From contig JAFWPP010000032.1 of the NCBI GenBank assembly GCA_017509485.1, forward strand, positions 55,961-119,960: DNA of 64,000 bases. The letters are read 5' to 3'. The notes below the pieces were generated by a model. That model was not told the DNA's origin. It made no database searches and saw only the letters and a list, made by a program, of their open reading frames with translations. The stretch's first letter is position 1; each line of letters opens with the position of its first letter. The position numbers and the translations under genes were made by a program. The DNA comes from Oscillospiraceae bacterium (lineage in GTDB: Bacteria; Bacillota; Clostridia; Oscillospirales; Oscillospiraceae). Shown here one piece after another: positions 46,066 through 53,484 of this stretch.

Positions 46066-46569
46066 TTATTCCTCGGGCTTGGCTTCCTCGGCGGGAGCTT
46101 CGGGGGTGATGTCGTCCACCACCTCAAAGACAGCCGCCTGGACCTCCTCGGCCTTCTCCTCCACGCCGTCCAGCTTGGACAGATCCTTTTCCAGCTCGTC
46201 AAGATCCTTGTGCAGCTGTTCCAGCTCCGCGTCCAGATCCGGCACGGGCTCCTCCTCCGGAACAGGCTTGGCAAAGGCGGCCTTGGCCTCCTCCACCTCG
46301 CCCCGCAGGGCCTCGATGTTCTTGGCGGCCTCGGTGATGGCGTCGCAGAGGGGCAGATACTCGGCGTCGTCCGGCTCCTCGCCGGTGATAAAATCGCGGT
46401 AGTAGAGCTTGCCCAGCTCCAGGTAGGCCTTCTTCTGCTTCTCCTGTTCGCTGAGAATGCTGATGTTGGACTTGGTAACGGAAGCAGCGCTCTTGGTCAC
46501 ACGGGTCGCTGCCTGCACTGCGTCGGCAACCAGGCCCTTCAGGGCTTCCAGACTATCGTTCCATGCCAT
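46066..46569 (-). CDS. Hypothetical coiled-coil/acidic protein
   Basis: Start at ATG 46569 after AAGGAGA. 167 aa. No family recognised. Confidence 0.65.
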   Translation of the reverse strand: MAWNDSLEALKGLVADAVQAATRVTKSAASVTKSNISILSEQEKQKKAYLELGKLYYRDFITGEEPDDAEYLPLCDAITEAAKNIEALRGEVEEAKAAFAKPVPEEEPVPDLDAELEQLHKDLDELEKDLSKLDGVEEKAEEVQAAVFEVVDDITPEAPAEEAKPEE

Positions 46570-46663
46570 GATGCTATCTCCTTTCAGTCGGTGGGTGTTT
46601 GAGTGTCCGTCTGTCTGCATTATACCAGAGCTTTCGGAAATTGGAAGACATTGGGAAGAAATT

Positions 46664-47671
46664 TTACAAAAAATTCGCAGGCCGTTCATTTTGCTCCGGT
46701 CCCTGGACAGGAGCGGGGTCCCTGGGCTTCAGGGCCAGTACGACGCCCAGCGCGGCCAGAAGAACAACGGTGGCGCAGATGCTGGCCTGGGGGCCGTAGA
46801 TCCCGCCGGTCAGCAGCGGCCGATAGGGATCCGCGTCCAGGTCCGCCAGACGAATGCCGGTGTGGGCTCCCGCCTCCGCCGCGTCAAACAGGAAGCTCGA
46901 AGCGAAGAACCAGGCGCCGCGGAAGGCACAGGCACCCCAGAGATTCCCACGCTTGAGCACCCAGATCCCCAGAAGCAGAGCCAGCAGGAAGCTGTTGAGG
47001 CCGCTGATGGAGAACAGGGTACTGTCCGCCTGAAAAACCGCGGGGAGCAGCGCGGACATCACCAGGGCAAAGATTACCGGATAGCGGGCGCCCACGGAAG
47101 GAGCAAAATAGCCGTGGAGCAGCAGCTCAACGGAGCTCCCCTTCACGGCGCAGCCCAGCAGGGCCAGCAGCACCAGCAGCAGCATCCGTCCCGAAGGATC
47201 GACAGGCACCAGGCGGAAGCCCTTCACCCCCACCCCCAGGGCAAGGACCGTCAGAAAGCAGAGCAGTCCCGCCGCCAGGCCCAGCAGGGATTCTCTCAGG
47301 ACTCCCGCTTTGCCCAGGCCCATGGAGGCCAGATCCCGCTTTTGGAAGCGCTTGCAGTAGATGACGGCGGCAAGGCCCATGGTGAAGGTGGCGAACAGGG
47401 ACACCAGAGCCATCCAGTCGGGCATCCGCTCCATCATGGCGATTACCATACTCTGGGGGGAGGCGCCGGAGAAAAAGCTTGTCATCAGATCCTGCCCCTG
47501 CTCCCCCAGCATCCAGGCGGACAGGGGAACGGCCAGGATCAGGGATTGCGCGATGGTGGAGATCAGATAGAGCAGCAATAGGATCAGCATTTCCCCGAAC
47601 AATGAAAATCGGGTCTTGCACTGGGCCGCAGCATCCGCCCAAAACCGGGGCTTCGGCAGCATTTGATTCAT
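46664..47671 (-). CDS. CPBP (CAAX protease)-like intramembrane protein with substituted catalytic motifs
   Basis: Polytopic. Blocks align to the CPBP motifs but read SVELLLHGY (expected EExxxR), LLPAVFQ (expected FxxxH) and AFRGAWFF (expected HxxxN). RBS AGGAG lies 9 nt upstream. Confidence 0.6.
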   Translation of the reverse strand: MNQMLPKPRFWADAAAQCKTRFSLFGEMLILLLLYLISTIAQSLILAVPLSAWMLGEQGQDLMTSFFSGASPQSMVIAMMERMPDWMALVSLFATFTMGLAAVIYCKRFQKRDLASMGLGKAGVLRESLLGLAAGLLCFLTVLALGVGVKGFRLVPVDPSGRMLLLVLLALLGCAVKGSSVELLLHGYFAPSVGARYPVIFALVMSALLPAVFQADSTLFSISGLNSFLLALLLGIWVLKRGNLWGACAFRGAWFFASSFLFDAAEAGAHTGIRLADLDADPYRPLLTGGIYGPQASICATVVLLAALGVVLALKPRDPAPVQGPEQNERPANFL

Positions 47672-47702
47672 GGATCAATTCTCCTGTATCATTTTTTCAT
47701 CT

Positions 47703-47731
47703 ATTATGCCACAAGCCCGGCCCTCTGTCAA
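47703..47731 (-). promoter_or_regulatory. Putative promoter of the CPBP-like gene
   Basis: Minus strand: TTGACA, 17 nt, CATAAT. Confidence 0.6.
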
Positions 47732-47796
47732 TCTTTTTGCGGTCCGTGTTCTGTTTTTGCTTTTCTGATCACGCGGCGAGCCTGGAAGCCGCCTCC

Positions 47797-48363
47797 CTAC
47801 GAGCAGTGACTTTTCCGGTCCCCGTCCCCTACGGCCTGGTGATAGAGCCCTGCCAGAAGCTGCCAGAGGCCCTTGTCGAGGATACCTGAGGGCTCCGCGC
47901 CGCAGCAGCGCTGGAGGCTGCGAAGGGCTTCGGCGGTGGTCTCGTCGCAGACCCCGGAGAGGGGGCAGTCCGCCACGTTGGGGTAGACCTGGTGGAGGAT
48001 GTGGAGCATGGCCTGGATCAGCAGCACGTGGAGGTTGTCGCTGCCCTCCAGGATGGCCTGGTTGGGGTTCATCACGATGTCCAGGGGCGCGGCGGGCTCC
48101 ACCTCCACGGCGGCGGTCCGGTAGGCGGCGCAGATCGCCTGCCAGGTGGCGAAGTCGGTGATCCCCGTCTGGGGCAGGCCGGCCCGCTTCTGCTGGAGCG
48201 AGACGGCCTTGGCGGTCTGGGGCCCGTAGATTCCGTCCGGAATCACCCGGGGGCAGTTCTTGTCATGCAGGGCGATCACCCGCAGCATGGTCTGCAGACT
48301 GGTAACGGATCGGCCTGAGAAGCGCGCATCGTTGTTGGGGTCCGTAGGTACTCCTCCTTTCAA
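47797..48363 (-). CDS. Protein with two PG_binding_1 (peptidoglycan-binding) domains
   Basis: Repeats GRSVTSLQTMLRVIAL...DGIYGPQTAKAV...TGITDFATWQAI and LHVLLIQAMLHIL...CDETTAEALRSLQ...GILDKGLWQLL. The only in-frame start is the TTG at 48363, which sits upstream of an AAAGGAGGAG. The start is unresolved. Confidence 0.75.
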   Translation of the reverse strand: MKGGVPTDPNNDARFSGRSVTSLQTMLRVIALHDKNCPRVIPDGIYGPQTAKAVSLQQKRAGLPQTGITDFATWQAICAAYRTAAVEVEPAAPLDIVMNPNQAILEGSDNLHVLLIQAMLHILHQVYPNVADCPLSGVCDETTAEALRSLQRCCGAEPSGILDKGLWQLLAGLYHQAVGDGDRKSHCS

Positions 48364-48487
48364 AATCGGGGTTTGCCGGGCTCATTCGTAGGGGCCGATG
48401 CCCACATCGGCCCTCCCGATTGACCGGGGCAAGGGCCGATGTGGGCATCGGCCCCTACGGGTTGGAGCGCCCGACAAATCCGAATTG
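48361..48487. repeat. REP doublet (REPIN-like element), copy C
   Basis: Arms at 48388-48413 and 48433-48458, 19-nt spacer. Outer inverted repeat CAAAATCGGGGTTTGCCGGG / CCCGACAAATCCGAATTG. Confidence 0.85.
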
Positions 48488-48493
48488 TCCTCC

Positions 48494-49843
48494 CTACCTT
48501 GCGTCCCGGCTGCCCAGGGCCAGGGGCGTGCCGGGGTATTGCGTCATACGTGTGGCTGCGCTGTACTGCAGCGCGCGGTATTGCAGGGTGATCGCACGGG
48601 CGGTTTCGTCGCTCAGACGGCCTGTGACAGAAAGGCTGTTGGCCTGCTGGAAGCGCCGGATCGCCTGCTGGAGCGTGCTCCCGGCGTAGCCCAGAGCCTC
48701 CAGCCTGGACTTCGCGTTGGCCGAGGTGGTGGCGGAAGCGTCGACAGCCGGGAAGAGGCTCCGGTTTTGCAGGACCCGGTCCTCAATGCCGGAATAGAGA
48801 TCGTAGAGGGCGTCCCAGCTCCGATCATCCGCCTCCCCGGTAACAGCAAAGCCTTCGTAGCCCTGAAAGGCCGCTACCGCGTCCCGGGTCAGGGGACCAA
48901 AGATCCCGTCTACTGAAACCGACGGCACCTCCTGCACAAACTGGGCCACGACAGCCAGCATGTACTGGAGCTGGCGAACCCGGTCGCCCCGGTCCCCCAC
49001 CCGCAGGGGCTCCGGGAATTCCCACCCCAGGTCCTCATAGCGCAGGCCCTGGGAGCGGAGCTCCGACAGCGCCGTGACCCCGGTGAAGACCCGCTCCGTC
49101 TCGTACCAAGTCTGGCGGCCCACGATGCCGTCCTCCGTCAGGCCAAAGACCCGCTGGAAGACCCGGACCGCCGCTTCGGTGCCGGGACCGAAGATCCCGT
49201 CCACCCGCAGCTTGGGGATGGCGGGAAAGCTCTGGGAGATCCGGTTCAGGGCCGTCTGGAGCTGCGCCACGCTGCGGCCCCGGCTGCCCACCCGCAGGGC
49301 GGCGCCGGGGTAGGACTCCCGGTAATCGGCCTTTGGGGCGTCGGAAACAATCTCGATGTTCCGGCCGTAGTAATTCCGGAGAATATTCAACCAGCCCCAG
49401 CCCTGGGCTGCCAGATTTTGGGAGCCCCACTGGGACAGGCCCTCGCAGGTAACAGTGGTGCCGCTGCAGAACTTGGCCGCCAGGGGCTCAATGTAGCCCA
49501 CCCGGCGGATGTAGTCGTCAAAGAGGCCGTCCACCAGCCGGGAGATATTGGCAAAAAAGCTGCGGCCCTTGTAGAACTGCTGGTCGTAAGCCGTGGAGGA
49601 GGTGATGTCGAAGGGATAGCCCCGGACCCGATAGAACTCGGTGTAGACCCGGTTCAGGGCGAAGGAGGTAATGGCCAGGATGTTGGCCCGCAGGGCGTCC
49701 TCATCCCAGGTGGGATAGACCTCGCTGGAGGCCACATTCTTCACATAGTCCGGGAAGGATACCGTGACATTCTCCGCCGGGACCGCGGGCGGTCCCAGGT
49801 GGACCGTGATGTAAGACGGGATGTAGGGTAAGCTCACCGCCAT
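48494..49843 (-). CDS. sleC: SleC-like spore cortex-lytic enzyme, catalytic and peptidoglycan-binding portion
   Basis: IPSYITVHLGPP...VTVSFPDYVKNVASSEVYPTWDEDALRANILAITSFALNRVYTEFYRVRGYPFDITSSTAYDQQF matches the central region of clostridial SleC as I recall it. It is followed by PG_binding_1 repeats. Its own GGAGGG lies 6 nt upstream. Confidence 0.75.
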   Translation of the reverse strand: MAVSLPYIPSYITVHLGPPAVPAENVTVSFPDYVKNVASSEVYPTWDEDALRANILAITSFALNRVYTEFYRVRGYPFDITSSTAYDQQFYKGRSFFANISRLVDGLFDDYIRRVGYIEPLAAKFCSGTTVTCEGLSQWGSQNLAAQGWGWLNILRNYYGRNIEIVSDAPKADYRESYPGAALRVGSRGRSVAQLQTALNRISQSFPAIPKLRVDGIFGPGTEAAVRVFQRVFGLTEDGIVGRQTWYETERVFTGVTALSELRSQGLRYEDLGWEFPEPLRVGDRGDRVRQLQYMLAVVAQFVQEVPSVSVDGIFGPLTRDAVAAFQGYEGFAVTGEADDRSWDALYDLYSGIEDRVLQNRSLFPAVDASATTSANAKSRLEALGYAGSTLQQAIRRFQQANSLSVTGRLSDETARAITLQYRALQYSAATRMTQYPGTPLALGSRDAR

Positions 49844-49855
49844 GGGCCGCCCTCC

Positions 49856-50245
49856 CTACAGGTCCTGGGGCGGGGTGGTATAGTCCTCCGTCTCCCCAAG
49901 ATCCGTGGGCATCCCGCCCCGGGGCACCAGTCGCAGGGTCTGGATCGTAGTGACGCCGGGGAAGATCTGCACATCCCGGCTCACCACCCCGTCGAAATCC
50001 GGGTGGCTGGCGGCAATCTGAACGTCGGTCCAGCCCCGAGGCAGCTCCGGGGACAGGGAGTTGGACAGCTCCGGCGTGGGCACGGAAATCAGCTCCGTCA
50101 TGCCGCTCTCGTCCGTCCGCTGGACGTTCAGGAGCTCCCGTCCGCCCCCAGCCCGGGCTGCGGACACCGAAACCACAGCCCCCGCCACGGGCAGCTCCGC
50201 CCGGGAGGTCAGCGTCTGTACCTTGAGAAAGCCTGTTGATGGCAT
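49856..50245 (-). CDS. SleC N-terminal prepeptide-like protein (carboxypeptidase-regulatory-like beta-sandwich), separate ORF
   Basis: 129 aa: GFLKVQTLTSRAELPVAGAVVSV...DESGMTELISVPTPE...IFPGVTTIQTLRLVP. This resembles the N-terminal region of prepro-SleC. Start at ATG 50245 after AGGAGGG. The stop is 12 nt before the next start. Confidence 0.7.
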   Translation of the reverse strand: MPSTGFLKVQTLTSRAELPVAGAVVSVSAARAGGGRELLNVQRTDESGMTELISVPTPELSNSLSPELPRGWTDVQIAASHPDFDGVVSRDVQIFPGVTTIQTLRLVPRGGMPTDLGETEDYTTPPQDL

Positions 50246-50248
50246 AGA

Positions 50249-50290
50249 AAATCCCTCCTGTTCGCACCATCCTATGCGAACGGGAGGGAT
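50249..50290 (-). promoter_or_regulatory. Shine-Dalgarno-sequestering hairpin in the leader of the sleC-prepeptide gene
   Basis: mRNA reads AUCCCUCC-C-GUUCGCA-uaggaugg-UGCGAAC-A-GGAGGGAU-uuucu-AUG. This gives 15 bp with one mismatch. Confidence 0.6.
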
Positions 50291-50469
50291 GTGTGAATGC
50301 AGCATGCATAGTGCAAAGTGCAAAATGGTTCAGGGTTTGAGGTTTTCTGATACAGCTAACCCGATCTCGCGCACGGCAGAAAAGCTCGTAAGGGCGCTTC
50401 TCGCGTTGGCAGAAACGCGGATGCGGGCATTGTATGAATAAAAAAGCGCCCGCGCTGCGGACGGACGGG

Positions 50470-50720
50470 GATTTCCAAAAGGGGGATGACCCCTTTTGGC
50501 CGTTTGAATGAGGGGCGAGGTCCGGGGAGGGGGGAGAGATTCGGAATCTTCCCCCTCCCCGGCCGGTTCTTTTCCCCCTTTCTTGCCGGAACAAGAAAGG
50601 GGGCCGCCGGAGGCATGCCTGCCTTTGATGGAGGCAGCTGCCTATCCGCCCCCTCATCTGTCATCCGCCTTGCGGGGGACGGCGGATGCCACCTTCCCCC
50701 CAGGGGGAAGGCTTTTGGGT
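50470..50720. repeat. Cluster of at least six consecutive GC-rich hairpins, including a member of the GCCACCTTCCCC hairpin family
   Basis: Hairpins at 50475-50499, 50522-50562, 50574-50603, 50619-50637, 50662-50688 and 50689-50716. The last two modules recur at 30410-30463, and the final hairpin recurs at 14050-14081 and 30303-30327. Confidence 0.7.
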
Positions 50721-50723
50721 GGC

Positions 50724-51689
50724 CTACAGGGTGAACTGGACAGCGCAGAAGGCGGCGTAGATCAGCAGCAGCAGGATGCCCTGGGCCCGGGAGAGCTTGC
50801 CCTTGAGCAGGGCGGGCAGGGTGAGGATCAGCATGACGGTGATCATCAGGGGGATTTCCAGCACCAGGCTGGCGTTGTGGCCGAAGAGCATGGCGCTCTG
50901 AGGCACCTTGAAGGGGGCCAGGGTCACGGAGACGCCGCTGACCAGCACCAGGTTGAACACGTTGGCGCCGATGACGTTGCCCAGAGACAGATCGCTGTGG
51001 CCCTTCACCAGGGAGGTGATGGCGGTGACCAGCTCCGGCAGGCTGGTGCCCAGGGCCACGAAGGTCAGGGCAATGACGGACTCGGGCACGCCCAGGGCCT
51101 GGGCAATCTTGGTGCCGTTGTCCACCAGCAGCTTCGCGCCCACGGCGATCAGGGCCGCGCCCACCACCAGGAAAAGGATCATCTTCCAGGTGGGCATCTC
51201 CTCGGCTTCCTCGGTCTCCGCCTCCACGGGCTGGGGATTCTTCTTCATCTGCCGCACGGTGACGATCATATAGGCCACGAACATGGTCAGCATCACCAGG
51301 CCCAAAATCCGGGTGAATTCTCCCAGCAGATAGGCCGCCACGCAGTAGATGGCCGCCGCCAGGAAGAAGAAGAGCACGGGCATTTTCAGGGTCTTGGGGT
51401 CCGCCTTGCCGGGCCGCACCGCCAGGGTGACAGCGGCGATCAGGGCCGTGTTGCAGATGACGGAGCCGATGGCGTTGCCGTAGGCGATTTCGCCGTGACC
51501 TTCCACGGCAGAGATCGTGGAGACCATGACCTCCGGCAGGGTGGTGCCGATGGACACCACGGTGGCGCCGATCAGCAGCTCGGGCAGATGGAATTTGCGG
51601 GCCAAGGCGCTGGCGCCGTCCACGAACCAGTCTCCGCCCTTGATGAGGCAGACCAGACCGACGATAAACAGTAATATCGGGACAAGCAT
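50724..51689 (-). CDS. CaCA family cation antiporter (YrbG-like)
   Basis: Two alpha-repeats (GATVVSIGTTLPE and FVALGTSLPELV). Start at ATG 51689 after GGAGGA. Confidence 0.9.
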   Translation of the reverse strand: MLVPILLFIVGLVCLIKGGDWFVDGASALARKFHLPELLIGATVVSIGTTLPEVMVSTISAVEGHGEIAYGNAIGSVICNTALIAAVTLAVRPGKADPKTLKMPVLFFFLAAAIYCVAAYLLGEFTRILGLVMLTMFVAYMIVTVRQMKKNPQPVEAETEEAEEMPTWKMILFLVVGAALIAVGAKLLVDNGTKIAQALGVPESVIALTFVALGTSLPELVTAITSLVKGHSDLSLGNVIGANVFNLVLVSGVSVTLAPFKVPQSAMLFGHNASLVLEIPLMITVMLILTLPALLKGKLSRAQGILLLLIYAAFCAVQFTL

Positions 51690-51754
51690 ATACGTTCCTC
51701 CATTTTCAAAATCAAACTGTGTAATTGGACAAGCTCCATGGGCGTTCATCCCAT

Positions 51755-51811
51755 AGAAAAGGCGAGACCTTCGCCGCGGACAGAGCAAAGCTGTGCGGCA
51801 AAGGTCTCGCC
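51755..51811 (-). terminator. Riboswitch expression-platform terminator
   Basis: Minus strand: GGCGAGACCTTTGCCGC-17 nt-GCGGCGAAGGTCTCGCC followed by TTTTCT. The 5' arm is shared with the 3' end of the aptamer. Confidence 0.7.
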
Positions 51812-51890
51812 TCTTCGTCCCGCGCCGGGTCCTAAGACCGTACTGACGGCGGCGGGAGCGTCCGATGGACGCTGGCTACTCCCCAATGCT
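51797..51890 (-). promoter_or_regulatory. yybP-ykoY (Mn2+) riboswitch-like aptamer
   Basis: The leader begins GCAUUGGGGAGUAGCC (hallmark GGGGAGUAGC), continues with nested hairpins, and ends GGCGAGACCUUUGCC (compare conserved CAAGACC plus the P1 3' strand). It lies upstream of a cation transporter. Confidence 0.65.
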
Positions 51891-51896
51891 GGGAAC

Positions 51897-51925
51897 AATA
51901 TACCAGATTTCCGGGGACTTGTCAA
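51897..51925 (-). promoter_or_regulatory. Promoter of the riboswitch-CaCA transcript
   Basis: Minus strand: TTGACA, 17 nt, TATATT, ending ~7 nt before the aptamer. Confidence 0.65.
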
Positions 51926-51955
51926 GGCGTTTGTGCGCATCATCGTTGAGAAAAA

Positions 51956-52087
51956 CAGGATTTGTCGAAATCATCCGCAGGGGCCGAACTCGAAGAGTCA
52001 CGATGTATGCCTACCTCGGCCCTCCCTGTGGGCAGAGGAAAGGGCCGCTGTGGGCATCGGCCCCTACGCCTCCGCAAATCCGAAAAT
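51956..52087. repeat. REP doublet (REPIN-like element), copy D
   Basis: The 51977-52022 arm starts GCAG and carries a 20-nt insert at 51988-52007. The second arm is at 52042-52067. The element lies 19 nt downstream of the MATE stop. Confidence 0.8.
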
Positions 52088-52106
52088 GACGGCCGGATTG
52101 CCCGCG

Positions 52107-53468
52107 CTACACTGTGTTGGCGCGCATTTTCCGCCAGACGACAAAATACATCGTGGTGAAGCAGGCGCTGGCGCCCACCAGCTGGCTGATGAATTCAGCC
52201 CAGAAGACGCCCTCGACGCCCAAGCCCAGGCCGGGCAGCAGCAGGGTCAGCGGAGCCACCAGGATCAGCTTCCGCAGCGTAGAGAAGAACAGGGCGTGCC
52301 TGGGGTGATTCAGGGCCACAAAGGTGTGCTGGCCCGTGACCTGGAGGGCCATGAAGGGGAAGGCGCCGAAATAGATCCGTGCGCAGCGAACCGTCAGCGC
52401 CACCAGGGCCTCGTCCCCGGTAAAAACCCGGATCAGGACCTGGGGGCAGAACATGGCCATGGCCCACATGAGGGTATTGATGACCAGACCGCCCAGCAGG
52501 ACAAAGCGGATGCCGTCGGAGACCCGACGGTAGCGCCTGGCCCCATAGTTGTAGCTCATGACAGCCTGGCCGCCCTGGGTCACGCCGTTGATGGGCAGGC
52601 TCATGATCTCGCGCATGGAGTTGATCAGGCCCATAGCCCCAATGTAGAGGCTGTCGGGACCGCCCCAGGCCTTCAGCATCACATTGACGATGGCTTGGGT
52701 GACGGAATTCGTCACCTTGAACATAAAGCCTGTGACGCCCAGCTTCATGACGTTCTTGAGCTGGGGCCAGTCGATTCCGAGCCCGCGCAGGCGAACCGGA
52801 GGCCGTTTCCCGGTAAGGAAGCGGAGCACCCAGAAGGCGCTGGCCGTCTGGGACAGGACCGTCGCCAGGGCCGCGCCCCGGACACCCATTTCCAGAGCAT
52901 AGATGAAGATGGGATCCAGAACGATGTTCAGGGCGGCGCCCAGGATCACCGTCACCATGCCAACCCGGGGAAAGCCCTGGGCGTTGATGAAGGGATTCAT
53001 GCCAAGGCTGATCAAGACGGGAATGGTGCCCGCCACGTAAATGCGGAAATAGTCCAGGGCGTAGGGCAGCGTGGTCGCATTGCCTCCCAGGAGGGTCAGA
53101 GTCCAGGGGGCCGTGGTAAAGAGCAGGAGCATCAGGGTCCCGCCGATGATAAGCAGGCAAGTAAACGCTGTCTGCATGATCCGTCCGGCCCGCTCGTCGT
53201 CCCCCTCGCCCCGGGCGATGGTGGAGAGGGTGGCGCCGCCGGTGCTGCAGAGGTTGGCAAAGGCGCCGATCAGAGTGATCAGCGGGAAGCAAACCCCGAG
53301 ACCGATCAGGGCGTTGGTGCCCTCCGGCTCCGGCAGGTGGCCGATGTACATGCGGTCCACGATGTTGTAGAGGACGTGTACCAGCTCGGCCAGGATGATG
53401 GGCAGCCCCAGCTTCAGGATCAGCGCTGAAACCCTGCCTTGTGAAAAATCGCCTTTTGCGGCGGCCAT
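52107..53468 (-). CDS. MATE family efflux transporter
   Basis: 453 aa, 12 TM, with MATE-like N-terminus (LILKLGLPIILAELVHVLYNIVDRMYIGH). Confidence 0.92.
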   Translation of the reverse strand: MAAAKGDFSQGRVSALILKLGLPIILAELVHVLYNIVDRMYIGHLPEPEGTNALIGLGVCFPLITLIGAFANLCSTGGATLSTIARGEGDDERAGRIMQTAFTCLLIIGGTLMLLLFTTAPWTLTLLGGNATTLPYALDYFRIYVAGTIPVLISLGMNPFINAQGFPRVGMVTVILGAALNIVLDPIFIYALEMGVRGAALATVLSQTASAFWVLRFLTGKRPPVRLRGLGIDWPQLKNVMKLGVTGFMFKVTNSVTQAIVNVMLKAWGGPDSLYIGAMGLINSMREIMSLPINGVTQGGQAVMSYNYGARRYRRVSDGIRFVLLGGLVINTLMWAMAMFCPQVLIRVFTGDEALVALTVRCARIYFGAFPFMALQVTGQHTFVALNHPRHALFFSTLRKLILVAPLTLLLPGLGLGVEGVFWAEFISQLVGASACFTTMYFVVWRKMRANTV

Positions 53469-53484
53469 ATTGTTCTCTCCTTTA

